Positions 1 to 9,350 are shown, counted from the stretch's first letter. The stretch is 64,000 bases of DNA from Novosphingobium sp. (GCA_037384205.1 JARROF010000010.1:1978-65977), one strand, 5' to 3'. The notes: a model not told the origin generated them from the sequence alone. A program made the numbers and translations.

Positions 1-2
1 AG

Positions 3-1328
3 CTGGTTGCGGCCAAGCTGGAAGAGGCGGGCATTCTGGACGAAGTGGAACTGATCGTGATCGACAATCTCGATCCGTTCCAGATCGGCCCGTTCGGTGT
101 GCGCTATGTGCCCCTGGCCCACTCGATCGCGGAGGGTAATGCGCTGGTGATCGAAACGCCCTATGGCCGCATCTTCCACACCGGCGACTGGAAGCTGGAC
201 GACGCGCCGCAGATCGGCACGCCCGCGACGGCCGGGGAACTGACCGCCATTGGCGACGAGGGCGTGCTGGCGCTCGTCTGCGATTCCACCAATGTCTTCA
301 ATAACAGCGCCTCTGGCTCCGAAGGCGATGTCTATGATGGCCTGCTGAAGGAAGTGAAGCGGCACAAGGGCAAGCGGGTGCTGGTCACGACCTTCGCCTC
401 CAACGTCGCGCGGCTGCAGACGCTGGGTGATGTGGCACGCAAGACCCGGCGCAGGCTCTGCGTGGCGGGCCGCTCGCTCGATCGCATCATCCGCGCCGGG
501 CAGGCCTGCGGTTACCTCAAGAACCTGCCGGAACTGGTCGATATCGAAGAGGCGATGGACCTGCCGCGCGAGGAAGTGCTGATCATTGCCACCGGCGGGC
601 AGGGCGAGCCGCGCGCGGCGCTGGGGCGTATTTCCGAAGGCAGTCATCCGATCAAGCTGGAAAAGGGCGATGTTGTGCTGTTCTCCAGCCGCCAGATCCC
701 CGGCAACGAGATCGCCATCGGCCGTATCCAGAACCGCCTTGCCGATGCGGGCGTGGAGATCATTACGGACCGCCCGAGCCTGATCCACGTTTCCGGGCAC
801 CCGGGACGCCCCGAACTCGAAGCGCTTTATGGCTGGCTGCGGCCGCAGATATTGATGCCGGTCCATGGCGAGGTGCGGCACATGAAGGAACAGGTCCGGC
901 TTGGCCTGTCCTGCGGTATTCCCAAGGCGGTGTTCCAGAAGAACGGCGATCTTGTGCGTCTCGCACCCGATCACCCGGGCAAGTTCGGCGAGGTGCGAGC
1001 CGGACGGCTCGTGCTCGATGGCGATATCATTTCCCCCGCCGATGGCGAGGCGATCGTAATGCGCCGGCGAATTGCCTATAACGGCGTCGTTTCGGTGGCG
1101 GCGGACCGCAAGGGCCATGTCGAGATCTCGGCCATAGGCCTGCCGTTGGACGAGGACTACGACGAGTTCATCGAAGAAGCCTGCCGCGACGTCGCCGAGG
1201 CTCTGGGGCGGACGAGGAAAGCCGAGCGGGACCAGCGCGTCGAGGCGGCCCGACTGGCAGCCCGCCGGGCCGCCACGCGCTGGTCGGGCAAGAAGCCGCA
1301 AGTGCAGGTTCTGCTGCTGGAGGATTAG
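3..1328 (+). CDS. rnj: Ribonuclease J (beta-CASP metallo-beta-lactamase family), 5'-truncated by the window edge
   Basis: The frame is open from nt 3 with no stop. The translation carries beta-CASP-type motifs 'VCDSTNVF', 'HVSGHPGRPEL' and 'MPVHGE'. The ORF-track start at 45 is an internal GTG. Confidence 0.8.
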   Translation: MVAAKLEEAGILDEVELIVIDNLDPFQIGPFGVRYVPLAHSIAEGNALVIETPYGRIFHTGDWKLDDAPQIGTPATAGELTAIGDEGVLALVCDSTNVFNNSASGSEGDVYDGLLKEVKRHKGKRVLVTTFASNVARLQTLGDVARKTRRRLCVAGRSLDRIIRAGQACGYLKNLPELVDIEEAMDLPREEVLIIATGGQGEPRAALGRISEGSHPIKLEKGDVVLFSSRQIPGNEIAIGRIQNRLADAGVEIITDRPSLIHVSGHPGRPELEALYGWLRPQILMPVHGEVRHMKEQVRLGLSCGIPKAVFQKNGDLVRLAPDHPGKFGEVRAGRLVLDGDIISPADGEAIVMRRRIAYNGVVSVAADRKGHVEISAIGLPLDEDYDEFIEEACRDVAEALGRTRKAERDQRVEAARLAARRAATRWSGKKPQVQVLLLED

Positions 1329-1333
1329 GCGCG

Positions 1334-1627
1334 ATGCAGATGAAGTGGTTCTCGATCCTTGCGATCTATGGTCTGCTCTGGATACTGAGCGCCTTTCTCG
1401 TCATGCCGATCGGCCTGCGCACGGCCGATGAATCGGGAGACGAGGTAGGCGAGGGCCATGCCGATAGTGCGCCGGTGAATTTCCGCCCGCGCGTGATCGT
1501 GCTGCGCGCCACGCTGCTCGCGGCGGTGCTGTTCGTGCTCTATTACGAAAACTACGTGAACGGGTGGATTTCGCTGGCCGATCTCAATTTCTTCGGCGAT
1601 CCGCCGGTGAAGGATCTGGGGTACTGA
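1334..1627 (+). CDS. Small membrane protein, DUF1467-like
   Basis: 97-aa ORF starting 5 nt after the rnj stop, with a GGAGGA Shine-Dalgarno just upstream. Two hydrophobic helices are present (ILAIYGLLWILSAFLVMPI; LRATLLAAVLFVLYY). The DUF1467 assignment is from memory. Confidence 0.6.
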   Translation: MQMKWFSILAIYGLLWILSAFLVMPIGLRTADESGDEVGEGHADSAPVNFRPRVIVLRATLLAAVLFVLYYENYVNGWISLADLNFFGDPPVKDLGY

Positions 1628-1653
1628 ACCGCAGGAAGCTATCCGGCGCGGAC

Positions 1654-2370
1654 TCAGACCAGCAGCGGGATGGCATTGCCGAAATTGTGCATGATGACCG
1701 GCAGCAGCACGCTGCCGGTGCGCACGCGCAGCCACACGGCGATGAATGCCGGAAATGCCGTCAGGGCCATGAACAACGGCTCGAACGCGAAGTGTCCATC
1801 CGAATAGCTGAAGGCATGGGCGAGGCCGAACAGGGTGCAGGAGAAGATCGCACCCCAGCCCCAGTCGACGCCCAGGAACCTTACGCGTGCCGTGAAGGCC
1901 CGGTCCAGTGCGAGCAGTAACAGCCCGCGGTAGAACGGTTCCTCCTCGAACCCCGGCATCGTCAGTTGGAAAGCCATGTCTTCGGCTGATCCGGGGCCGC
2001 TCGGGAAGGCGAGAGAGATGGCCAGAAAGAACAGGCCATAGAGCGCCAGAACCGGAATGGCGGACTTGAGGCTGCCGGGGATGAGCTTGAGCGTTAGCCC
2101 CGCATTGCGCCATTGGAAGGCTGGCAGCAGGGCAATCGCGTAGGTGGCTGCCATGGCCAGCACTTTACCCTGCCAGTTCCACTGCAATTGCGGCGCCACT
2201 TGCGGCAAGGCTCCGTAGAAACCGGTCAGCAGAGCGTCGTTGATAGCCACAAGCAACATCGCGGCAATCAGCCAGCGTGGTGCGAAGTGCTTTCTGTCCG
2301 CCAGACCGGCGGCACATCCTGCCAGCAGCAACAGGCCGAGAATGGCGCCTAGCGAGATCAGTCCGTCCAT
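1654..2370 (-). CDS. CPBP family intramembrane glutamic endopeptidase (CAAX protease-like)
   Basis: Polytopic membrane protein with CPBP motifs 'EEPFYRG' (EExxxR), 'FGLAHA' (FxxxH) and 'IMHNFGN'. ATG at 2370. Confidence 0.75.
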   Translation of the reverse strand: MDGLISLGAILGLLLLAGCAAGLADRKHFAPRWLIAAMLLVAINDALLTGFYGALPQVAPQLQWNWQGKVLAMAATYAIALLPAFQWRNAGLTLKLIPGSLKSAIPVLALYGLFFLAISLAFPSGPGSAEDMAFQLTMPGFEEEPFYRGLLLLALDRAFTARVRFLGVDWGWGAIFSCTLFGLAHAFSYSDGHFAFEPLFMALTAFPAFIAVWLRVRTGSVLLPVIMHNFGNAIPLLV

Positions 2371-2397
2371 GCGTGCTGCCAGTTGGCCGGTCCGAGG

Positions 2398-5295
2398 CTA
2401 TCCTCGCAGGCGCTCGATCCCCTGTGCCAGCGCGACATAGAGCTTGCCCATGTCGGACGAGAGCAGCGTCACGCCCAGCGCATTGCCGTCACGCGTGGAG
2501 AGAACCTGGCGCAGCACGGCTTCGAAATCGTGAATGTAGCGGCTGACATGTTCGCGGAAGCTGCTGTCGCGCTCGAAGAGTTGCTGGATGGCCTTGATTT
2601 CTGCGTTTTCGAGCAGACTGACGGCGCGGCGGGTGAAAATGCCACGGTCCCCACGCAAGTAAGCGGCCCATGCTGTATCCGAAACGTCGGTCGATAGCGC
2701 TCCGGCAATGTCGATCGCGTTGGAATTGAGCGATTCGGTAATGAGCGCGACGCGGCGCGAGAAGTCGTTGTCGACTTGCTCTTCGGCGCGCTGGCGGGCG
2801 TGAGAGACCCGGCTTTCGAGATTGCCGGCCAGTTCGTCGACTTTGGCAAGCTGATCGCGCAACTGGATCGTTGCTTCGCGCGTGACCCCGGCGGCATGGG
2901 CGACTGCCTGTTCGAGTTGGCCGGAGACTTCGGAAACTTTGTTGCGCATGGCCTTTTCTATGGCTTGTGCGCTCTCGTCGCCCAGATTGCGGGCAACCGT
3001 GGCGATGCGGGCCGGGCTGTCGGTCTCTATGGCTTCGACGGCTTCGCTCAGCGTCGTGCGCAATGCAGCAATTGCGGAGACCAGTTCGCCGCGCGCTTTG
3101 GCAGATGCGGTATCGGTCGCCCTGTCGATCTCGGCAAGCGTGGCGAGCATCTGCGCAAGCTGGGCCGCATGGTCTTGGCCTTGCCGGGTAACGCTATCCT
3201 GTGCGCTTGCCAGCTTTGTCATCAGGGCTTCGAGGTTGGCTCCCGACTGTTCGATGCCAGAGGCCAGATCCTCTCCGCCTTCGGCGGATTGATGCAGGAG
3301 CGCAAGCAGCGCCGTGACGCCGTTTTCCAGACGGGTCAGACGATCTTCCGAGACCGCGAGGGCTTCGGGCAGGGCGGTATGGCTGTGCTTGGCGCTGGCC
3401 TGGATCAGTTCCAGCAGGCGCACACTGTCGTTGGTGAGTTTTTCGACATCGCATTCGGTCGCCGCCAGCGTGGTGCGGGCGGCGGTAAGGCGGTCGGTGA
3501 GCGTTTGCAGGCTGCCGGTCAGACGGACTTCGGAATCACCACTTTGAGTCGCGATTTGGGCAAGGCGGGTTTCGAACCCGCTCAACCGCTCTGTCACGGC
3601 TTCCGCGCGCTCGCTCACGGCCGTCGCATGCTGGCGGTGGCGTTCGAGGCGTTCGGCGATCGTACCGTCCAGCTCGCCCAGCATATGTTCTATACGGGCG
3701 ATGGCGTGGCGTTCATGTTCGACCTGGCGGGCCTGTCTTTCCTCGGCTTCGATTGCGAGTTGCTCACCACGCTGGGTGAGAGCCTGATCCATGCGCTCGG
3801 CTTCGGCGACCAGCGTTGCAAGGCGACCGGCCAGCGAATCGATGGCGGTGTGCTGCGCTGCCGTAATGCCGTCGGCAGCGGCGGACTGTTCGTCGCGCAG
3901 GTTCGCTAGCGCGGCTTTGAGGTCATCGATAGTCTGGCGGTGGATGCCGGTGATGTTTTGGGCCGCGGCGGAATGCTCTGTTTGCAGAGCTTCCAGCGCC
4001 GTCTTGAGCGTATCGATTGCGGTACGCTGGGTACCGGCAAAGCTTTCCACGGTGGCGGATTGTTCGGCGCGCAGCGATTCGAGCGCAGCCTTGAGAGCAT
4101 TGACGGTCTCGGCCTGGATACTTGTAATGTTCTCTGCCGTTGCGGTTTGTTCAGCCAGCACGGTTGCGAGCGATGCTTTGAGATGTTCTTCCGCGCGTTC
4201 CTCGGCGTCGCGAAGGGCGCGCGAGACGACGTCGCTTTCGTCTCGCAAGGCGGTGAGGCGGGCTCGCAGCGAAGTGAGGCTTGCGGCCTCGTGATCGTCA
4301 AGCTGGCGGCGGGTCTCTTCGATTTCTGCCGCAAGCGCTGCGGCGCGTGTGCGGATGGCAGCAAGCGCATCGATTTCGTGCTTGTCGAGCTGGTTGCGGA
4401 ACTCTTCGCCGCGTGTGGCGAGCGCATTGAAGCGTTCGTCGGCAATGCTCTGGAACTGCTCGCTATGGCGCCGGAATTCGGCGAGCGTCTCGTTGACGCG
4501 GCCCCGAAGCGATTCGACCTGCCGTTCGCTGGCGGAACCGAATTCGTTGAGGCGATTGAAGCCCTGCACCATGTCCTCAAGCTGGGCATGGGCGGTACGG
4601 CCGGCGTTGGCGATATTGTTGGTGACGTCTTTGGCCGAGCTGGCGATCACCGGAAGCTGCCCGCGCAGCTTCTCCATGTTTTCAAGCGCGCTGATGCTGA
4701 CCGTGCTGATCGAATCCACGCGGGCGCCGTTGTCGCGCACGAGATCCTGCAGGCGCTCTGCATTCTGAGACAGGCGATCCGCCGCCACGCGGCCGAGCGA
4801 TTCCAGATCGCGAGACTGCGCGGCGATGAATTCGCGGGCAAGGCTGAGTTCGCGGTTCACCGTGGTCAGCCGCCGTTCGAGCTGGGCGGATTCAGTCGAA
4901 AGCAGGCGCGCGACATCGCCGAAACGCTTGCCCTCGCGTGTGCTGTGGCGCAGCGCCAGCAGCCAGACGAGACCGATCAGCAGCACCGGCACGCACCACT
5001 GCACGACAAGGCCTGGCATACCGGCCAGTGCTACACCGGTCTGCAATTCAGGCAGGTGGGCTGCGATGAACAGTGCGCTCCAGCCCACGACCGCAAGCCC
5101 GGCCATGACCGGGGCGACCCAGGCATGGGTCGGTTCGGGGGCGTCTTCACCTGCGAACCAGGCCTGGTCCCAGTTCTCCTGGGCTTCGGCCTCGGCTCCG
5201 GGCGCTGCCACGATTGTTTCCGTGACGGCGGTTTCTCCGGAGGGGTTTTCACCATTTCCCGCGCCGAACGCGATAATCCTGTTTTCCTCTGCCAT
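2398..5295 (-). CDS. Membrane-anchored long coiled-coil protein (965 aa), function unknown
   Basis: I chose ATG 5295 ('MAEENRIIAF'); the ORF-track start at 5559 would overlap the divergent gene's region. It has two N-terminal TM helices (WVAPVMAGLAVVGWSALFIAA; LVVQWCVPVLLIGLVWLLAL) followed by ~700 aa of heptad-like Q/E/R/A/L-rich sequence. That stretch includes 4 tandem 29-aa repeats. The C-terminal ~110 aa look globular. Confidence 0.7.
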   Translation of the reverse strand: MAEENRIIAFGAGNGENPSGETAVTETIVAAPGAEAEAQENWDQAWFAGEDAPEPTHAWVAPVMAGLAVVGWSALFIAAHLPELQTGVALAGMPGLVVQWCVPVLLIGLVWLLALRHSTREGKRFGDVARLLSTESAQLERRLTTVNRELSLAREFIAAQSRDLESLGRVAADRLSQNAERLQDLVRDNGARVDSISTVSISALENMEKLRGQLPVIASSAKDVTNNIANAGRTAHAQLEDMVQGFNRLNEFGSASERQVESLRGRVNETLAEFRRHSEQFQSIADERFNALATRGEEFRNQLDKHEIDALAAIRTRAAALAAEIEETRRQLDDHEAASLTSLRARLTALRDESDVVSRALRDAEERAEEHLKASLATVLAEQTATAENITSIQAETVNALKAALESLRAEQSATVESFAGTQRTAIDTLKTALEALQTEHSAAAQNITGIHRQTIDDLKAALANLRDEQSAAADGITAAQHTAIDSLAGRLATLVAEAERMDQALTQRGEQLAIEAEERQARQVEHERHAIARIEHMLGELDGTIAERLERHRQHATAVSERAEAVTERLSGFETRLAQIATQSGDSEVRLTGSLQTLTDRLTAARTTLAATECDVEKLTNDSVRLLELIQASAKHSHTALPEALAVSEDRLTRLENGVTALLALLHQSAEGGEDLASGIEQSGANLEALMTKLASAQDSVTRQGQDHAAQLAQMLATLAEIDRATDTASAKARGELVSAIAALRTTLSEAVEAIETDSPARIATVARNLGDESAQAIEKAMRNKVSEVSGQLEQAVAHAAGVTREATIQLRDQLAKVDELAGNLESRVSHARQRAEEQVDNDFSRRVALITESLNSNAIDIAGALSTDVSDTAWAAYLRGDRGIFTRRAVSLLENAEIKAIQQLFERDSSFREHVSRYIHDFEAVLRQVLSTRDGNALGVTLLSSDMGKLYVALAQGIERLRG

Positions 5296-5364
5296 CCTTG
5301 CAGAATACCACGTGCCCCGCAGCAATAAACCCCGGCTTAACGCTTTGGGCACTATCTTGGGGAA

Positions 5365-5667
5365 ATGGTTTACGAAGCAGGTGCCCTGGAAGAGACTCTC
5401 GCGGCGGCGGCGGGCGGTGATGCGGCGCTCCATGCCGAACTGCGCGCGTCTTACATCGAAAGTATCGGCCGGCAGGTGGACTTGCTTGAACGGTCCCGTT
5501 GCGACGGCAACTGGCACGTCGCGGCGATGCGCCTGAAGGGTATTGCGGCCAGCTTTCATTCCGCTGCACTATTGGCTCTGGCCGAGGAAGCGCTCGATAC
5601 CGCGCCGGGGGACCCGGCGGTGGTGCGTCGGCTCAAGGCTTATGTCACCGAGTTTTCCTTAGGCTGA
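5365..5667 (+). CDS. Small Hpt-like (histidine phosphotransfer-like) four-helix protein, non-canonical
   Basis: 100-aa ORF with good GC3 bias. 'HVAAMRLKGIAASFHSAAL' resembles the Hpt signature [A]H-x-LKG-[SA][SA], but Met sits at the canonical His position. Confidence 0.45.
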   Translation: MVYEAGALEETLAAAAGGDAALHAELRASYIESIGRQVDLLERSRCDGNWHVAAMRLKGIAASFHSAALLALAEEALDTAPGDPAVVRRLKAYVTEFSLG

Positions 5668-5756
5668 TTTATCCGCCCTGCTTGGCACTTGGTGCCGGGC
5701 CGCCTAAATCGGGTTTGCGGGGCTGGAGAAATGACTTGCGGATAGCATTGCTGGCG

Positions 5757-6935
5757 ATGACGGAGCCTGCGGGCGCGGGACAGCCGTCCCCTCGCGCGTT
5801 CCTGCGCATTGCCGGGGCAAGCCTTGCCCGGCACCAGCTGGGATTGGTGCTGGCGCTGGATTGCCAGCGGGTAATCTGCTTGGCGCGGGGCATGTCGCCC
5901 GACCTTATCGCGCTCCAGCATGCGGCCGAGGATACCGGGCTGCAGTTCGCGATCGTGACCAGCCCTCGCCAGTTGGCCGGACAGGTGACGGCGGCGGATG
6001 AACTTGTCGTGGTGAGCGAGGGGCTGTTCGTAGAGCCGGCTCATGCGGCGGCCTTGCTGGAAGACCGCAAGCCGGCGGTGCTGGTCCAGCCGGTGGAAGG
6101 TGCGCTGGCAGCCGGATACGAGCGGATCGACATCAACCGGGCCAGTGCCGGGCTGATGCGGGTACCAGGTCAGCTTGCCGAGCGTCTGCATGAACTGCCC
6201 GCCGATTGTGACGTTGCTTCCGCTCTGACCCGGATCGCGCTGCAATCCGGTGTGCAGATGCGCGAGGTTCCTGCCTTCGCGCGCACGGGTACGGATTGGC
6301 GCATGGTTCGCTCGGAAAGCGAGGCCATTGCGCTCGAAAACGAATGGCTGCGTGTGCGTTTCGCCGATGGACCGACCTCGGCCGGACGGGCCGTGGCACG
6401 TCTCGGCGTCATCAGCTTCGGTTCGTCGATGCTCCATGCAGGCAATGCCAGCAACGCCCTGTCGGCCGGGGTGTTGGCATTGCTGGCGATTGCCGGGGGG
6501 CTGGGCTGGTTCGGACTAGCGCCGGGCGGTTTCTTTTTTGCTGCACTGGCCTGGGTGCTGGCCGAGGCGAGCAGGATGTTGCGTTTGGCAGAGCGCCAGG
6601 CGCTGGGCTTGTTGCCGCCTGCGATTCCTCGTGTCGATGTGCTCGTCTGGTTGATCGATATGGTGCTTGCGGTCTTGATTTTGGCGGATACGCCGCGTTT
6701 TCCCGGCGAGCTTGTGCTGTCCTGGCTGTCGGTGCCGGCGGTGCTTTTGCTGTTGCTGGCTTTTGTTCCCCGTGTCGTGAAGCGCACGGCGGCGCGGTGG
6801 ATCGGAGACAGGCTGGTGTTCGGAGTGCTGTTGGGGATAGCGTCCACATTTGGCCTGTTGCTGCCTGCCGTGCAGATCGCTTCCATCGGGCTGGTCGTGA
6901 CGGGTCTGCTGCTGGCCGGACGCCGACCGGAATAG
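5757..6935 (+). CDS. Hypothetical protein: soluble N-terminal domain (~220 aa) plus C-terminal polytopic membrane domain
   Basis: Long ORF with GC3 bias. I chose ATG 5757 ('MTEPAGAG'); an alternative is TTG 5736, which has GGAGAA 6 nt upstream. The C-terminal half has 5-6 hydrophobic helices. No family recognised. Confidence 0.6.
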   Translation: MTEPAGAGQPSPRAFLRIAGASLARHQLGLVLALDCQRVICLARGMSPDLIALQHAAEDTGLQFAIVTSPRQLAGQVTAADELVVVSEGLFVEPAHAAALLEDRKPAVLVQPVEGALAAGYERIDINRASAGLMRVPGQLAERLHELPADCDVASALTRIALQSGVQMREVPAFARTGTDWRMVRSESEAIALENEWLRVRFADGPTSAGRAVARLGVISFGSSMLHAGNASNALSAGVLALLAIAGGLGWFGLAPGGFFFAALAWVLAEASRMLRLAERQALGLLPPAIPRVDVLVWLIDMVLAVLILADTPRFPGELVLSWLSVPAVLLLLLAFVPRVVKRTAARWIGDRLVFGVLLGIASTFGLLLPAVQIASIGLVVTGLLLAGRRPE

Positions 6936-6996
6936 GCATCGGACTGGGCAGAGCGCCCTAACCCGGATTTAACCAAACGGGAGGTAAACGAGACGG

Positions 6997-7956
6997 ATGA
7001 TCGACAAGACTGTCCATCCGGCAAGTGGAGAAAACGTGGAGGCCGTGCTGCGCGATGAGCTGGCGCGCGGCGATGCCATGGCGGAAACCGTTCTGCCGAT
7101 CCTGCGCCATCTGGTCGCGGCGGAGGACAGTTCCGTATTCAGCGACGAGATTCTTGCTCGGGTCCGGGGCATGCTGGCGGATATCGCCGCAAGCCTGCTT
7201 GGTGGGGCGCTTGGCGGCGATGAAGGGGCCGGAAGTGCCGCCGAGACCGACGAGACCGGGATTCTTACCCGCGCGCTGATAGACAATCCCGCACTGCTTT
7301 CGCACGTCCATTCCCTGGCGCTGGAGTGGCAGCTCACCGAACGCATGCAAGGGCGCTTCGCCATCGATCCGGTAGTCTCTCCGTTGTTGCAGGCGCTGAT
7401 TTCGTCGCCGGATGCAGAGACTCAGCGGCTGGCCATGACCTTCCTGGCCGCGCAGGCGCGCTGGTGCCAGGCGCAGCGGCGCATGCAGTTGCCCTTGCGT
7501 GAATTGCCCGGCGATTTGTTCCATGCGGTGTTGCTGACCTTGCGGGCGCTTGCCGTTCGCACGCCCGAAATAGCGCAGCGCGCGGCACAGGCCGAAGCGG
7601 CCATGCGCCAGTCCTACGACGAAGGCGCCGGCCGTCTCGGTCTTGCGTCGCGGTTGATCATGAGCCTGGGGGCCGGGGCGCAGGCCGCGTTATCCGTGAC
7701 CCATGGCGGCGTTGCACTGTTCCTGACCGCGCTCTCGCTCGGATCGGGGCAGGCGCGCGACGTGGTTGTGCTCTCTACCCATGAAGCGCAGCTGGCCCGG
7801 CTTGCTCTCGCGCTGCGGTCGGCGGGGCTCAAGCCTTCGGCCATCGAGGAGCAGTTCCTCGCGCTTCATCCCGAGGTGACATTGCCGCACGGTTTCGAGG
7901 GTGTCGGTCGTGACTTCGCCGCCGCCATTCTTGCGTCGGGGCGCTATTCCGGATGA
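6997..7956 (+). CDS. Hypothetical alpha-helical protein (319 aa)
   Basis: ATG 6997 with GGGAGG ~12 nt upstream. Its stop overlaps the start of the downstream kinase-like gene (ATGA at 7953-7956), implying translational coupling. No family recognised with confidence. Confidence 0.6.
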   Translation: MIDKTVHPASGENVEAVLRDELARGDAMAETVLPILRHLVAAEDSSVFSDEILARVRGMLADIAASLLGGALGGDEGAGSAAETDETGILTRALIDNPALLSHVHSLALEWQLTERMQGRFAIDPVVSPLLQALISSPDAETQRLAMTFLAAQARWCQAQRRMQLPLRELPGDLFHAVLLTLRALAVRTPEIAQRAAQAEAAMRQSYDEGAGRLGLASRLIMSLGAGAQAALSVTHGGVALFLTALSLGSGQARDVVVLSTHEAQLARLALALRSAGLKPSAIEEQFLALHPEVTLPHGFEGVGRDFAAAILASGRYSG

Positions 7957-9350
7957 TGGTGAAAGACGGCACCATACTGGCCCGCGCGCTCAGCGACGGT
8001 GAGGACCGTCTGCTTAGCGCGGACGCGCCCCTGTCCGGTCTGCAATTGCGTTGCGGCGGAGAGCTTCCCGGCACGATCGCGATTCCCGAACTGCTCGAAC
8101 TCGTAAGCAAGGCGCGGCGCTATGGTTTTCGCGTCGCGCGGGCGGTCAGCGCGCAGGATGGGGCGGAAACAGTCACGGCGTGGGTTGAAGTCGAGCCGCT
8201 GGGAGAGGCGGAAGGCTGCAATATCTGCGTGCGCAGCTGGCATGCCGTGCCGATTCCGGCGGAAGACAGCACGTCAGCGGAAAGCCGGCGCATGTTGACA
8301 GCGCGGCATCTTGCCGAACTGTCCGCACAGCTCGATGCCCGGCAACGCGTACTGGCGGTCGTTTCCGACAGTGAGGAACTGGCGGAAGCGGCTGCGGCAC
8401 TGGAGGAAGGGATCGGCCGGCTCTGGACCGACATCCTTTCGCTAAAGGACGTTGCGCACCAGCAGCCCCTGCACTGGCGTCTGATGGATGGTGCGAGCGT
8501 TACAGTGCCCGGCGCACAACGTGCCTGGCGCGTAACACTCATTCCGCACATGCAGCCGGGCTTTGATCCGGTCGGTTTCGAATTGCTGCTGCTGTCGGAC
8601 GAAGCCGCATCGGACCGGCTGGACATACTGCCTGTGCAAGCTGCTCCTTTGGTCCCCGCGCGGCGTAGTCTGGTCGGGCAGGACATCGCGCCTGTTCTCA
8701 AGCAGCCCATCTCGCGCATTATCGCCAATGCCGAAACGATTCGCACCCGGCTTGCCGGACCGCTGCCGGATGCCTATTCGGACTACGCGGGCGAGATTGC
8801 CAGTGCCGGCAAGCTGCTGCTCGAACTGCTCGACGACATGGCCGATCTCGAAGTGGTCGAATCCGAAGGGTTCAGTACAGCGCCCGATCGCATCGACTTG
8901 TCCGAAGTCGCGCGGCAGGCCGCCGGTATTCTGGGCGTGCGGGCGCGGGAGAAGGGCATCGTTATCGAGCCCCCGCACCAGACAGACCATCTTCGCGCTA
9001 TCGCCGAATTTCGCCGCGTGCTGCAGGTCCTGCTCAACCTGATCGGCAATGCGATCCGCTATTCGCCCGAAAACTCGCACATCTGGATCCGCCTTGAAGA
9101 CATGGGCGGGCAGGCCCGCGTGATCGTTGCCGATCAGGGGCCGGGGCTTTCGCAAGAGCAGCAGGCCCGGGTTTTCGAAAAGTATGAGCGTCTCGGCCGC
9201 AGCGGTGATGGTGGTACGGGGCTGGGGCTCTATATCTCCCGTAGTCTGGCCCGTGCGATGGGTGGTGAGCTCACGGTGGAAAGCGCGCCAGGGCAGGGCG
9301 CGCGCTTCATGCTCGACGTGCCTTCCGATCCGGACGCGCCGGAAAACTAG
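7953..9350 (+). CDS. Soluble histidine-kinase homologue with intact HATPase_c but a degenerate H-box (His replaced by Pro)
   Basis: The N, G1, F and G2 boxes are present ('LLNLIGNAIRYS', 'DQGPGL', 'FEKYERLG', 'GTGLGLYISRSLA'). The DHp region reads 'IAPVLKQPISRIIANAETI', which aligns to 'vSHELRTPLnaIlgyaElL'. No TM segments are evident. Confidence 0.8.
   Translation: MMVKDGTILARALSDGEDRLLSADAPLSGLQLRCGGELPGTIAIPELLELVSKARRYGFRVARAVSAQDGAETVTAWVEVEPLGEAEGCNICVRSWHAVPIPAEDSTSAESRRMLTARHLAELSAQLDARQRVLAVVSDSEELAEAAAALEEGIGRLWTDILSLKDVAHQQPLHWRLMDGASVTVPGAQRAWRVTLIPHMQPGFDPVGFELLLLSDEAASDRLDILPVQAAPLVPARRSLVGQDIAPVLKQPISRIIANAETIRTRLAGPLPDAYSDYAGEIASAGKLLLELLDDMADLEVVESEGFSTAPDRIDLSEVARQAAGILGVRAREKGIVIEPPHQTDHLRAIAEFRRVLQVLLNLIGNAIRYSPENSHIWIRLEDMGGQARVIVADQGPGLSQEQQARVFEKYERLGRSGDGGTGLGLYISRSLARAMGGELTVESAPGQGARFMLDVPSDPDAPEN

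Noticed and set aside
3808-4155. 87-nt periodic repeats as a possible CRISPR-like or non-coding array
   Set aside because: The periodicity is exactly 29 codons, lies in frame within a long CDS and encodes coherent heptad-like peptide repeats. There are no spacer-like unique segments and no cas genes.
2776-5328. Two long plus-strand ORFs (377 and 462 aa) opposite the coiled-coil gene
   Set aside because: They mirror the repetitive coiled-coil coding sequence (Ala/Gly/Arg/Phe-rich) and lack start contexts. The minus-strand product has TM helices, heptad periodicity and a proper ATG/SD.
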